From an uncultured Bacteriovoracaceae bacterium (lineage in GTDB: Bacteria; Bdellovibrionota; UBA1018), in the NCBI GenBank assembly GCA_964372615.1, contig CAYJTX010000001.1, positions 1-40,151 of the forward strand: a stretch of 40,151 nt of DNA. The letters are read 5' to 3'. Position numbers and translations under genes: made by a program. Positions within the stretch are counted from its first letter, which is position 1, and the number at the start of each line of letters is the position of its first letter. A model generated the notes under the pieces. That model saw only the letters and a program-made list of their open reading frames with translations, made no database searches and was not told the origin of the DNA. Shown here in pieces: positions 9,107 to 17,484 of the stretch.

Positions 9107-9919
9107 CTACGTCCCATTCCTGAGACGCGGGTCACCCAGACAGAGCGCGCCTGCTGCGAGCGCTCCCGTTGCGAGCGCTCCCGCCTCAGAAATTCGGAGT
9201 GCGCGGCGAACGCCGAATCGACTGATTTCTGCCCGCTCCGCCAGTAGGGTCGCCGACCGCCAACCCTGCTTCCAAGCGAGCCGGATGAAGAGCCGTCGAG
9301 TGGGAGTTCTCCGGGTGATCTGCGAAACATCGGACTCTGTCGCGGCAGCGGCGGCTCGCGCGATCCACTCCAGAGGCACGGTCGACGTGCATCGCTCGGG
9401 TTCAGGCCGCGGGAACGGCGAACCCTTCGACGATACGCTCGGATCGCCGCTGACGTAGGCGTGATGCCTCTCGCGAAACCTCTCCCCTTCCTTCTCAAGC
9501 GCACGCGCAAGCCGGATCGCTGGAACCCACGGATCGACGATCGCGCCCACGACGCCTCGATGCGTGGACCACGGCCACTCGAGCGGATCCCCGCAGAGCC
9601 GAGCTCGGCAGGGGTTCAGCACCACGTAGCGAACCTGCCGGGCGAGATGAAGGGGATCCGGGATACCCTGCGGTTTCCCCACTTCCCAGATGCCTGAGTC
9701 GTCTCCCCTGCACGACATCGCCAGCATTCGGGTCAACCTGGAAGACTGATCTGCCGGCTCCGTCGTCGAGCAGATGAGATGGAGATGGTTGGGCATCAGG
9801 ACTGCCGCGAGCACCTCGGGAAAATTTACCCGCAGGCGCTTCCAGGCCCATCGACAGGCTTGAACGTCCTGGTATGGGCTCAGCCCGTGTCTTGCTCTTG
9901 CGACGAAGTGAAAATACAT
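9107..9919 (-). CDS. REP-associated tyrosine transposase (RAYT; IS200/IS605-like Y1 HUH transposase) with C-terminal DnaA-C-like helix-turn-helix extension
   Basis: The HUH motif is LMPNHLHLI and the catalytic-Tyr motif is VRYVVLNPCRARL. The C-terminal segment SQITRRTPTRRLFIRLAWKQGWRSATLLAERAEISRFGVRRAL resembles the DnaA domain IV HTH. No IS ends or tnpB are seen. A REP doublet lies 30-110 bp upstream of the start. Confidence 0.8.
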   Translation of the reverse strand: MYFHFVARARHGLSPYQDVQACRWAWKRLRVNFPEVLAAVLMPNHLHLICSTTEPADQSSRLTRMLAMSCRGDDSGIWEVGKPQGIPDPLHLARQVRYVVLNPCRARLCGDPLEWPWSTHRGVVGAIVDPWVPAIRLARALEKEGERFRERHHAYVSGDPSVSSKGSPFPRPEPERCTSTVPLEWIARAAAAATESDVSQITRRTPTRRLFIRLAWKQGWRSATLLAERAEISRFGVRRALRISEAGALATGALAAGALCLGDPRLRNGT

Positions 9920-9947
9920 GGGCCGACCTCAAGCAAGCCCCATGCTC

Positions 9948-10029
9948 GAAGCTGAAGGCCACATTCCGTGCACTTGAGAGGGCACCCAGCCCTCGGTCGG
10001 GTCCGGAGTCCACGCAATGTGGACTTGGC
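9948..10029. repeat. REPIN-like doublet, copy L1 (two 21-nt palindromes 51 bp apart)
   Basis: The palindromes are AAGGCCAC-attcc-GTGCACTT (9955-9975) and gAGTCCAC-gcaat-GTGGACTT (10006-10026). The 82-bp unit is about 83% identical (68/82, hand alignment) to 39441-39522. An extra outer inverted repeat GGTCCG/CGGACC lies at 10000-10005 and 10032-10037. Confidence 0.85.
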
Positions 10030-10117
10030 TTCGGACCAACCAACCCGCCAGTGCTGACCGGGCGGCACCTCCACAGCTACGCGGTACAGGCACTTCCGCA
10101 AGAAGCTCTCCTGCACC

Positions 10118-10684
10118 GTGCCCGCGGCGCAGGACGGCGGAGTGGATGCATCAGTACCGGGGGAGTGGGGCCCCGATTGGCTCCCCGGTTCGGCGAGTCC
10201 TTTCGAAAACCTGGGCGCCCTCTTCAAGGCCGGCCAGGGCACGGTACCCGACCTGCCTGACCTCTTCGGCGCAACCACCGGCCGCTGCTTTCACCCCGAC
10301 GAGCCCGCGCGGGCTCTGAACGGGCTGCTCCTCGGCTGGGTGGACAACCACTCCGACCCCCTCGACCCCCGCCCCTTCTTCCTCAAGGGCGCCGCAATCT
10401 CGTACGGAAACGGTGTCGACTGCGGCCCCGCCTGCTTCGACCGGCTGAGCTCCGAGCTCCGGTACTGGATCCCGATCACCCTGGCGGGCCTTCGCGGCGT
10501 CGGAAGGGCGTCGACCGTCGAGCACGGCTCGCGAGTCATCGGAATCCACGAGGAGGACTTCAGCGAGAAGATCTTCGTGCGCAAGCACGCGGGCTATCTC
10601 ATCACCGTGTCCAACGTCGTGCGGGAGAGCGGCCTGGCCGCCCAAGGCGTGCGCTGCTTCTTCTTCCAGCGGGTGCTCCCGTAG
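10118..10684 (+). CDS. Hypothetical protein
   Basis: Very strong GC3 bias across the ORF. No recognisable motif and no signal peptide. The start (GTG 10118) is uncertain. The 202-aa antisense ORF is judged a shadow. Confidence 0.55.
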   Translation: MPAAQDGGVDASVPGEWGPDWLPGSASPFENLGALFKAGQGTVPDLPDLFGATTGRCFHPDEPARALNGLLLGWVDNHSDPLDPRPFFLKGAAISYGNGVDCGPACFDRLSSELRYWIPITLAGLRGVGRASTVEHGSRVIGIHEEDFSEKIFVRKHAGYLITVSNVVRESGLAAQGVRCFFFQRVLP

Positions 10685-10782
10685 CCGCTCACGTGCGGCC
10701 CGGGTCCCTTCGCCATCGCGATCGGTCGACGCCGAGGGGACTGGGGCGACAGGGCACACCCCTTCGAGGACGGGCGCCGATC

Positions 10783-11127
10783 CTATCGCGCCCAGGATGC
10801 CAGGATCATGGAATGGACGAAGTACGCCACGACGAGCAAAGCGGCACCCGCGGCGTAGCAGACCCAGAACTCCAGCTTGAACCTGGGCGCGAGCAGGAAC
10901 GGCACGAAGAAGACGAGCGTCGCGGGAACCGCGACGAAGATGCTGCGCGCGAGCTGGAACGCGGGCTCGGCGCTCCCGCCCTGGAAGCGCGCGAGCGCCA
11001 GCGCGATGAGTGTCGACAGCGGCAGCGAAACCAGGAAACCGCCGAGGGCCGGGCTCGTTCGAGAGAGGTAAACCGCGAGCGAGATCAGCGCCGAGGAGAG
11101 CGCGACGTTGAGTGCGATCGCGCCCAT
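10783..11127 (-). CDS. Small integral membrane protein (about 114 aa, 3-4 hydrophobic helices)
   Basis: The internal ATG at 11127 overlaps the upstream stop by 1 nt (TGATG). The sequence MGAIALNVALSSALISLAVYL...LVFFVPFLLAP...WVCYAAGAALLVVAYFV is almost entirely hydrophobic helices. The upstream part of tracked ORF 10783..11331 is Arg/Gly-rich and overlaps the preceding gene. Confidence 0.6.
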   Translation of the reverse strand: MGAIALNVALSSALISLAVYLSRTSPALGGFLVSLPLSTLIALALARFQGGSAEPAFQLARSIFVAVPATLVFFVPFLLAPRFKLEFWVCYAAGAALLVVAYFVHSMILASWAR

Positions 11128-12185
11128 CAGTAATCGGCCGGAACGGCTCGGGCCGCCGCAGGGGCGACCATCGGCCGAGCGGGCTCGCCTCTCGATGTCG
11201 ACGTGCCTTCGACCTCGAAGTCCGCGCAGGGCGTCGCTCCCTCGACTCCGTCGCAGGCCAGAAGAGCCCTCGCCGCCTGAGTCTGGAAGAGGGGCTTGTA
11301 GAAATCCCTGTAAATGGGGTTCGAGTCGCACGCGGATTCCATTCGGTAGGCGGCGAAGCTCAGCGTCGCCTGCGCGGGGTCCGCGGCGAAGCCCGCCCGG
11401 GGCTCACCGGCCTCACTCCTGCGTCGCAGGTACTCGGCCGTGAGCTGCGCACCCACCGTGTCGGCGTACACCTCCCCGTCGCGTCCGCAGACCGGTGGAG
11501 TACCGCCTCGCTCGATACTCATCGATCCGTCCGTGTTTCGCCGGGCCCGGACCGTACACTCGTGAATCGATCGAAACGGGAAACCCTCGATGTAGCTCGC
11601 GTCGCGGGCGCCGACCCGAGCGGCATCGACCGTGCGCAGATCCGCGTCGCAGAGATCCACTGCGTGCCCCAGCTCGTGCGCGAGCAGGGTGAGCAGCGCC
11701 TCGGGGCTCAGGTGGGAAAGAACCGGACAAATCGATACCGTCGCTACGTGGTCGTAGCTCGCCACGAACGGCGACCGGCTCTCCCGAGTGCAGCGCTCGC
11801 GGGTCTCCACCCGCAGCCGCACTCGCTGGATTCGTCGCACCAGCTCGGCCCGGTAAGGCGCGCTCGCGGGAATCGAGCTCACCCGCTCGAGCAGGATACC
11901 CCTGAGGCCTTCGAACGCGGGCCGGAGCCGCGTGCGAAGATTCACCTGGTTCGCGTTGCCGATCTCGAGGTATCGACGCTGCGCCGCCGGCCAGTCCCTC
12001 GTCGCCGTCAGGGGATTGACTTCGAGCAGTCCGTCCGGACGAGTGGAGATGACTGCAGCCGGTCCCGCACGCAGCTGCGCGCAGGCCGAATTCACCCGCT
12101 CGGTGCAGGTCGTGGCCTGCACGCCTTGCGCCGTGAAGGTCGCGGCGGCGATCAAGAGCCCGATGGAAACCCCTTGAAACCTCAC
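11127..12185 (-). CDS. Exported putative zinc metalloprotease (HExxH), Cys-containing, family unknown
   Basis: GTG start with AGAGG just upstream. The signal peptide is MRFQGVSIGLLIAAATFTAQG. The zincin-like motif is LLAHELGHAVDLCD. GC3 is strong. Confidence 0.6.
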   Translation of the reverse strand: MRFQGVSIGLLIAAATFTAQGVQATTCTERVNSACAQLRAGPAAVISTRPDGLLEVNPLTATRDWPAAQRRYLEIGNANQVNLRTRLRPAFEGLRGILLERVSSIPASAPYRAELVRRIQRVRLRVETRERCTRESRSPFVASYDHVATVSICPVLSHLSPEALLTLLAHELGHAVDLCDADLRTVDAARVGARDASYIEGFPFRSIHECTVRARRNTDGSMSIERGGTPPVCGRDGEVYADTVGAQLTAEYLRRRSEAGEPRAGFAADPAQATLSFAAYRMESACDSNPIYRDFYKPLFQTQAARALLACDGVEGATPCADFEVEGTSTSRGEPARPMVAPAAARAVPADY

Positions 12186-12251
12186 AGCCTCTGATTCTCG
12201 CAGATTGCCAAGGCCGCGGCAACGCGCCCGTCGAAGGCCGGGCGCCCGGAG

Positions 12252-13847
12252 CTAAAGACAGAGCGCTTCGCCGCGGATCGCGCAGTCGCCGCCGTTCTCG
12301 TCGTGCTCCCGGCAGCCGTAAGCGAAGCTCGTGGCCGTGCCGAGCGCCGGGAACGAGTCCTTGATGCCGCTCGAGAGCGAGACGCTCGAGACCCAGCAGC
12401 GGCCATCGCTGACGTTGTCGGATGCCCGAACGACCTGGATCCGGTCCCACGATGTGGCCGCGAGCTCCGCGTCCGAAACCGGACCGTACTCGAGGTTACA
12501 GGCCGTGCGCACCGACATGAGCTGCTTGCCGGCCGGGCAGGCTCTCGTGCCGGAGCAGCCCGCGTTGCTTCCCGTCACCCGGCAGCCGAAGGTGACCTTC
12601 TCCGCCGGCAGGATGCTCGCGCTCACGCGATTGTCGTCGCACGCGTAGAGAACCCCCGTCGTCTCGCTGATCCGGTACGCATAGGTCTCGCCGTGCGAGA
12701 TGAAGGTCTGCCGGCTCCCGCCGAAGCTCAGAAAACATCCGGAAGGCCTGGAAACGCTGATTGCAACGGTCTCGTTGTTGAAGAAGTAGTTTGGGGAGTC
12801 GTCGTTGCGGATCATCTTGCCAACGGAGAGCTTGTAGATCTGGCTCTCGGCGACGACATTGTAGCGGGCGTAGTCCAGGTTGCTCGCGCTGCTTCCAACC
12901 CCGTAGCCCGCGTCGAGGGAGCAGTAGCCGGGAGGATCCTCGTTCCGCGAGCCCAACCAGACGGACGGAAGGTCGCCGTCGTAATGGTTGTAGTAGAAAC
13001 TATTGTTGATGATCTCGTTGCGCCGGGGGGACTGGTGCCGGACCACGCCCTTCTCCCCGCAATTTCGATAAAGGTAGATGCCCCCGTGATTGAGGCCCGA
13101 GAAGAAGTTTCGGAGAATCTTGTTATGAGCGGAACCATCGACCGCCATCTGCTCCCGATGCGAGGTCACAGCGTGGATGTAGTTGTTCTCGATCCGGTTG
13201 TGGCCGGACTCGGCGTCGAGGTAGAGCGGTACTCCGCTGATGGATCCCTTGATCTCGGAATTCAGGATCGACGAGTACGTGGTCCCCGAGCCGATGTAGA
13301 ACGGATCCTTCACGCCTGTTCCGTCGACGACGAGATTGTCGAAGACGATCCCTCTGGGCGAGGCTGCCTGCACCCGCGCCGTGTGCCCGGCGAGGTACGA
13401 GGACTCCGTGTAGATCAGCTCGTCGCCGACGTTTCTCATGCCGCTGGTCTGGACCATCCCCCGGACCCTGCAATTTTTCACCGTGACGTTCACGGGCCGA
13501 GACCAGGTTCCATCGCCGTTGTAATTGGATCGCACGCGGATCGCCTGGTCCTGGTCAGTCGACCCCGCCGCCTCGATGTCCGCAGCGGTGAATTGCTTCG
13601 GCTGGATCAGGGAGCCCGCGCAGTCCAGCGTGATGCCCGAGGCGTCCGCCCCCTGAATGGCGATCTTCTTGGTGATCACGTGGCCGCTTCCATCGAGCGT
13701 GAGGCTGCACTTGAGCGAGACCCGAGGACTGGCTGCCGTCGCCGTGGCCAGAACTTCCTTGACCTCGAGGTCCGTACAGGGAGCCGCGCCGCCCAGGCGG
13801 GGCAGGGTCAGAGCGAGAAGTGAGAAAGTACAAAGTGCTGATCGCAT
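12252..13847 (-). CDS. Exported right-handed parallel beta-helix repeat protein with Cys-rich C-terminal domain
   Basis: The ATG at 13847 is preceded by GGAGGATCT. The signal peptide is MRSALCTFSLLALTLPRLGGAAP. Repeated beta-helix-type turns are present (NCRVRG, FDNLVVDG, LNSEIKG, IENNYIH, ILRNFFSG, IINNSFYY). The last ~130 aa hold multiple Cys. Confidence 0.65.
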   Translation of the reverse strand: MRSALCTFSLLALTLPRLGGAAPCTDLEVKEVLATATAASPRVSLKCSLTLDGSGHVITKKIAIQGADASGITLDCAGSLIQPKQFTAADIEAAGSTDQDQAIRVRSNYNGDGTWSRPVNVTVKNCRVRGMVQTSGMRNVGDELIYTESSYLAGHTARVQAASPRGIVFDNLVVDGTGVKDPFYIGSGTTYSSILNSEIKGSISGVPLYLDAESGHNRIENNYIHAVTSHREQMAVDGSAHNKILRNFFSGLNHGGIYLYRNCGEKGVVRHQSPRRNEIINNSFYYNHYDGDLPSVWLGSRNEDPPGYCSLDAGYGVGSSASNLDYARYNVVAESQIYKLSVGKMIRNDDSPNYFFNNETVAISVSRPSGCFLSFGGSRQTFISHGETYAYRISETTGVLYACDDNRVSASILPAEKVTFGCRVTGSNAGCSGTRACPAGKQLMSVRTACNLEYGPVSDAELAATSWDRIQVVRASDNVSDGRCWVSSVSLSSGIKDSFPALGTATSFAYGCREHDENGGDCAIRGEALCL

Positions 13848-13970
13848 AGATCCTCCAACGTCCATCTGGCTGCCAGGAAGCTCGTGCCTTGAGGGGAGAG
13901 CCAGGACGTATGGCAAGCGTAGGGCCCCCGGACGCGCATGAGAACTTACAGATCCTGATCATCATTCTGC

Positions 13971-13990
13971 CCGTGTCCCGCGCGACACGG
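13971..13990 (-). terminator. Possible stem-loop terminator after sdhB
   Basis: A CCGTGTC-N6-GACACGG hairpin (7-bp stem) lies 29 nt downstream of the sdhB stop. There is no U-tract, so the call is weak. Confidence 0.3.
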
Positions 13991-14018
13991 CCGATCGGAC
14001 ACTCTGTCCTGCCCTCGG

Positions 14019-14765
14019 CTAGTCGCCCGGAAAAAGCCTGCGGACGAGCCCGCCGAGCGGATCGTAGAACCGGTCCACCGCGCGCTCCTTCAGGGGAATG
14101 ATCGCGTTGTCGGTAATCGTGATGTGCTCGGGGCAGACCTGCGTGCAGCACTTGCCGATGTTGCAGTAGCCGACGCCGTGGGCCTGCTTGAGCTCGGGCA
14201 GGCGGTCGACGGTGTCGAGCGGGTGCATCTCGAGCGCCGCGGTGTGGACAAAATAGCGCGGGCCGATGAACTCCTCGTGCTTCTGGTGGTCGCGCAGCAC
14301 GTGGCAGACGTCCTGGCAGAGGAAGCACTCGATGCACTTGCGGAACTCCTGCACGCGGTCGATGTCAGCCTGAGCCATGCGCCAGGTGCCGTCGGGAGCA
14401 TCCGGTTTCCGCGGCGTGAACTTCTTGATCTTCTTCTTCACCCGGAAGTTCCACGAGACGTCGGTCACGAGGTCCTTGATCTTGGGAAAAGCCTTCAGGG
14501 GCTCGATCGTCACGGGCTTCGAGAGGTCGAGCTGGTTGAGCCGGGTCATGCACATGAGCTTGGGGATGCCGTTGATCTCGGCCGAGCACGAGCCGCACTT
14601 GCCGGCCTTGCAGTTCCAGCGCACGGCGAGGTCGTTCGCCTTTTCGGCCTGGATCTGGTGGACGGCGTCGAGCACCACCATCCCCTCCGACACCTGCGTC
14701 GAGAGCTCGTGGTACTGGCCCCCGTCATTGTTCCCACGCCAGATGCGGAACGTCGCGGTGCTCAT
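14019..14765 (-). CDS. sdhB: Succinate dehydrogenase/fumarate reductase iron-sulfur subunit
   Basis: The [2Fe-2S] motif is CKAGKCGSCSAEING...C and the cluster motifs are CIECFLCQDVC and CNIGKCCTQVCP. The start overlaps the sdhA stop (ATGA). Confidence 0.93.
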   Translation of the reverse strand: MSTATFRIWRGNNDGGQYHELSTQVSEGMVVLDAVHQIQAEKANDLAVRWNCKAGKCGSCSAEINGIPKLMCMTRLNQLDLSKPVTIEPLKAFPKIKDLVTDVSWNFRVKKKIKKFTPRKPDAPDGTWRMAQADIDRVQEFRKCIECFLCQDVCHVLRDHQKHEEFIGPRYFVHTAALEMHPLDTVDRLPELKQAHGVGYCNIGKCCTQVCPEHITITDNAIIPLKERAVDRFYDPLGGLVRRLFPGD

Positions 14766-16588
14766 TTTGCCTGTTCCTCGATGATCTGTTTCAAGTCGGG
14801 CCGGAGCTCGGGGATCGGCCTCGCCTCAAGCCGCATCTCCCCATCGGCGCCCTTGCGGATCACGTGGTTGATTTTACCAAAGCTTTCGGACTTGTCGGAA
14901 TTATCCTCGCGAAAGTGCCCGCCTCGGCTCTCCTTGCGTTCAATCGCTGACAGCGCGATCGCTTCGGAGACGACGAGCAGGTTCGGAAGGTCGAGCGCCG
15001 TATGCCAACCGCCATTGTACTCGCGGTTGCCGGGCGCCACCACCTTCTCCGCCTGGCGCTTGAGCGTGCGGACCTCCTCAAGCGTGCGCTTCATCTCCTC
15101 TTCCTTGCGCACGATGCCCACGCCTTCCTGCATCACGTCCTGAAGCGCGTACTGGATCTGGAACGGGCTCACGCCCCCCGCCGACGCCGAGCGCTCGATC
15201 GGGTCAAGCGCCCCGCGCGCGACCTTCTCGATCGCCGCCTCGTCGACCCGGCCCGCGGGGTTCTCCTTCGCGAACTTCGCGGCGTACTCGCCCGCGCGCT
15301 TGCCGAACACGACCAGATCCGAAAGCGAGTTGCCCCCCAGGCGGTTCGCGCCGTGAAGACCCGCGGCCACCTCGCCGGCGGCGAAAAGGCCCGGCACCGT
15401 CGACATCTGGCTGTCGCCGTCCACCCGCACGCCGCCCATGATGTAGTGGGTCGTCGGGCCCACCTCCATCGGCACCTTTGTAATGTCGATGTCGGCCAGC
15501 TGCTTGAACTGGTGGTACATGCTCGGGAGTTTTTTCTTGATGTGCTCCTCCGCGCCCGAGATCTTCTCCTGGATCCACGCGATGTCGAGAAACACGCCCC
15601 CGTGCGGGCTGCCGCGCCCGGCCTTCACCTCGCGCATGATGCAGCGGGCGACGTGATCGCGCGTGAGCAGCTCCGGGGGCCGCCGCGCGTTCTTGTCTCC
15701 GAGCACGTAGCGCCACCCCTCCTCGGGGTTGTCGGCCGTCTGATTCTTGTAGTTGGCCGGAATGTCGTCGAACATGAACCGCTTGCCGTCCTTGTTCTTG
15801 AGCACTCCGCCCTCGCCGCGCACGCCCTCCGTCACGAGGATGCCGCGCACGCTCGGCGGCCAGACCATGCCGGTCGGATGGAACTGGACGAACTCCATGT
15901 CCATGAGCTCCGCGCCCGCGCTGTACGCCAGCGCCTGCCCGTCGCCGGTGTACTCCCAGCTGTTGCTCGTGATCTTGTAAGCGCGGCCGATGCCGCCCGT
16001 CGCGAGCACGACGGCCTTGGCGTTGAATACGCGGAACTGGCCGCGCTCCCGGTCGTAGCCGAAGGCGCCGACGACGCGGTCGCCGTCTTTCAGGAGCGTG
16101 AGCACCGTATGCTCCATGTAAACTTCGATGCCCTGGTGGATGCCGTGGTCCTGGAGCGTTCGAATCATCTCCAGACCTGTGCGGTCGCCCACGTGCGCGA
16201 GCCGCGGGTAGCGGTGGCCGCCGAAGTTGCGCTGCAGGATGCGGCCGTCCTTCGTGCGATCGAAGACCGCGCCCCAGGCCTCGAGCTCCCGCACCCGGTC
16301 GGGCGCCTCCTTCGCGTGAAGCTCCGCCATCCGCGAGTTGTTGAGGTACTGCCCGCCCCGCATCGTGTCGGCGAAATGCACCTTCCAGCCGTCGCGATCG
16401 TCGACGTTCGCCATGGCCGCGGCCATTCCGCCCTCGGCCATCACCGTGTGCGCCTTGCCGAGCAGCGACTTGCAGATCAGACCGACGGAAATCCCGGCCG
16501 CCGACGCCTCGATCGCCGCCCGAAGCCCCGCCCCCCCCGCGCCGATGACGATCACGTCATGCGAATGCGCCTGGAATCTCGAGCTCAT
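14762..16588 (-). CDS. sdhA: Succinate dehydrogenase/fumarate reductase flavoprotein subunit
   Basis: The FAD dinucleotide fold is HDVIVIGAGGAGLRAAIE. HPTG and RLGGNSL motifs are present. 608 aa. Confidence 0.95.
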   Translation of the reverse strand: MSSRFQAHSHDVIVIGAGGAGLRAAIEASAAGISVGLICKSLLGKAHTVMAEGGMAAAMANVDDRDGWKVHFADTMRGGQYLNNSRMAELHAKEAPDRVRELEAWGAVFDRTKDGRILQRNFGGHRYPRLAHVGDRTGLEMIRTLQDHGIHQGIEVYMEHTVLTLLKDGDRVVGAFGYDRERGQFRVFNAKAVVLATGGIGRAYKITSNSWEYTGDGQALAYSAGAELMDMEFVQFHPTGMVWPPSVRGILVTEGVRGEGGVLKNKDGKRFMFDDIPANYKNQTADNPEEGWRYVLGDKNARRPPELLTRDHVARCIMREVKAGRGSPHGGVFLDIAWIQEKISGAEEHIKKKLPSMYHQFKQLADIDITKVPMEVGPTTHYIMGGVRVDGDSQMSTVPGLFAAGEVAAGLHGANRLGGNSLSDLVVFGKRAGEYAAKFAKENPAGRVDEAAIEKVARGALDPIERSASAGGVSPFQIQYALQDVMQEGVGIVRKEEEMKRTLEEVRTLKRQAEKVVAPGNREYNGGWHTALDLPNLLVVSEAIALSAIERKESRGGHFREDNSDKSESFGKINHVIRKGADGEMRLEARPIPELRPDLKQIIEEQAK

Positions 16589-17386
16589 TTAGAAAAGTCT
16601 CCAATCCGTCCAGACGCCTCTCGAGCAGAGCCGGACATACACATCCGTGAACGCGACCCAGAACAGGCTCATCCAGGCCCACTTCATGTGCCAGCGGTTG
16701 TAGCAGCTGACGCAGCCGTAGGCCTTCGACCGGACGGGGTGCTTCGAAAGCTGGTTCAGGTAACCCCCGACAATGTGCCTGAGCGAATGACAGCCGAAGG
16801 TGTAGCTGCTGAGGCAGACCACGTTCACCGCGAGCACGAGCGAGCCGACCGCCACTCCGAAGCCGTCCTCGAACCAGAACGCCTTCCAGGCGTCGTAGGC
16901 CAGGACGGCGATGAAGCCCAGGGCGAGATAGAGGAAGTAGCGGTGCACGTTCTGGAGGATGAGCGGGAGCGAGTTCTCGCCCCGGTAGCCGTTCCTCGGC
17001 TCGCCCACCGCGCAGTTCATGGGATCGGCCCAGAACGCCTTGTAGTAGGCGCCGCGGTAGTAGTAGCAGGTCAGCCGGAACCCGGCGGGCATCCAGAGGA
17101 TCAGGAGCGCCGGCGACCAGGGCAGCCACTCGGGGATCCAGCCGGGCTTCCCCCCGAACCAGGCATGCGGCGAGTCGCCGAAGAGCTCAGGCGAATACAG
17201 CGGCGAGAGGTAGGGACCGAAGTGGTAGTGATCGCCCTGGAACGCCGCCCAGTTGAGGTAGACGAGCGCAGCACCGAGCCCGAGGAACGTGACGAGCGGC
17301 TGAACCCACCAGGCATCCGTTCGGGAGGTTTGGCCGAAGGCGGGGCGCCTATCCAGCCCGGATACAGCGGTTTCTGCCGATGCCAT
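16589..17386 (-). CDS. sdhC: Succinate dehydrogenase membrane-anchor subunit (single large polytopic subunit)
   Basis: 265-aa polytopic hydrophobic protein that directly abuts sdhA (stop 16589, start 16588). The gene order is C-A-B. The call comes from context and hydrophobicity. Confidence 0.7.
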   Translation of the reverse strand: MASAETAVSGLDRRPAFGQTSRTDAWWVQPLVTFLGLGAALVYLNWAAFQGDHYHFGPYLSPLYSPELFGDSPHAWFGGKPGWIPEWLPWSPALLILWMPAGFRLTCYYYRGAYYKAFWADPMNCAVGEPRNGYRGENSLPLILQNVHRYFLYLALGFIAVLAYDAWKAFWFEDGFGVAVGSLVLAVNVVCLSSYTFGCHSLRHIVGGYLNQLSKHPVRSKAYGCVSCYNRWHMKWAWMSLFWVAFTDVYVRLCSRGVWTDWRLF

Positions 17387-17399
17387 GGGGGATGCTCGC

Positions 17400-17429
17400 T
17401 TCCTGTTGTTCTAGGTCTAACAACAGGAA
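17400..17429 (-). promoter_or_regulatory. Perfect 11-bp stem-loop in the sdhC leader that overlaps the likely Shine-Dalgarno
   Basis: The hairpin is TTCCTGTTGTT-ctaggtct-AACAACAGGAA. On the mRNA strand the 3' arm (AACAACAGGAA) runs into AGGAAG, which sits 11 nt before the sdhC ATG. Confidence 0.4.
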
Positions 17430-17484
17430 TAGTCGGAAGAACTCGGGGCAGCAAGGCAGAAGTGCCCGGCGTGAGTCAAGCTGG

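Noticed and set aside
9140-9175. Direct 15-bp repeat (TGCGAGCGCTCCCG x2) near the 3' end of the RAYT gene, considered as a possible second-flank REP.
   Set aside because: It is a direct repeat, not a palindrome, and shares nothing with the AAGTCCAC-N5-GTGGACTT consensus. It simply encodes the GALATGALAAGAL tail of the ORF. No REP-like palindrome was found in the 3' flank (9019-9106).
10720-10731. 12-bp perfect palindrome CGATCGCGATCG and a nearby GCCGC-tcacgt-GCGGC hairpin in the convergent spacer 10685-10782, considered as a bidirectional terminator or a repeat-family member.
   Set aside because: The stems are short, there are no U-tracts, and nothing resembles the REP consensus. Short GC palindromes like these are expected by chance in high-GC DNA.
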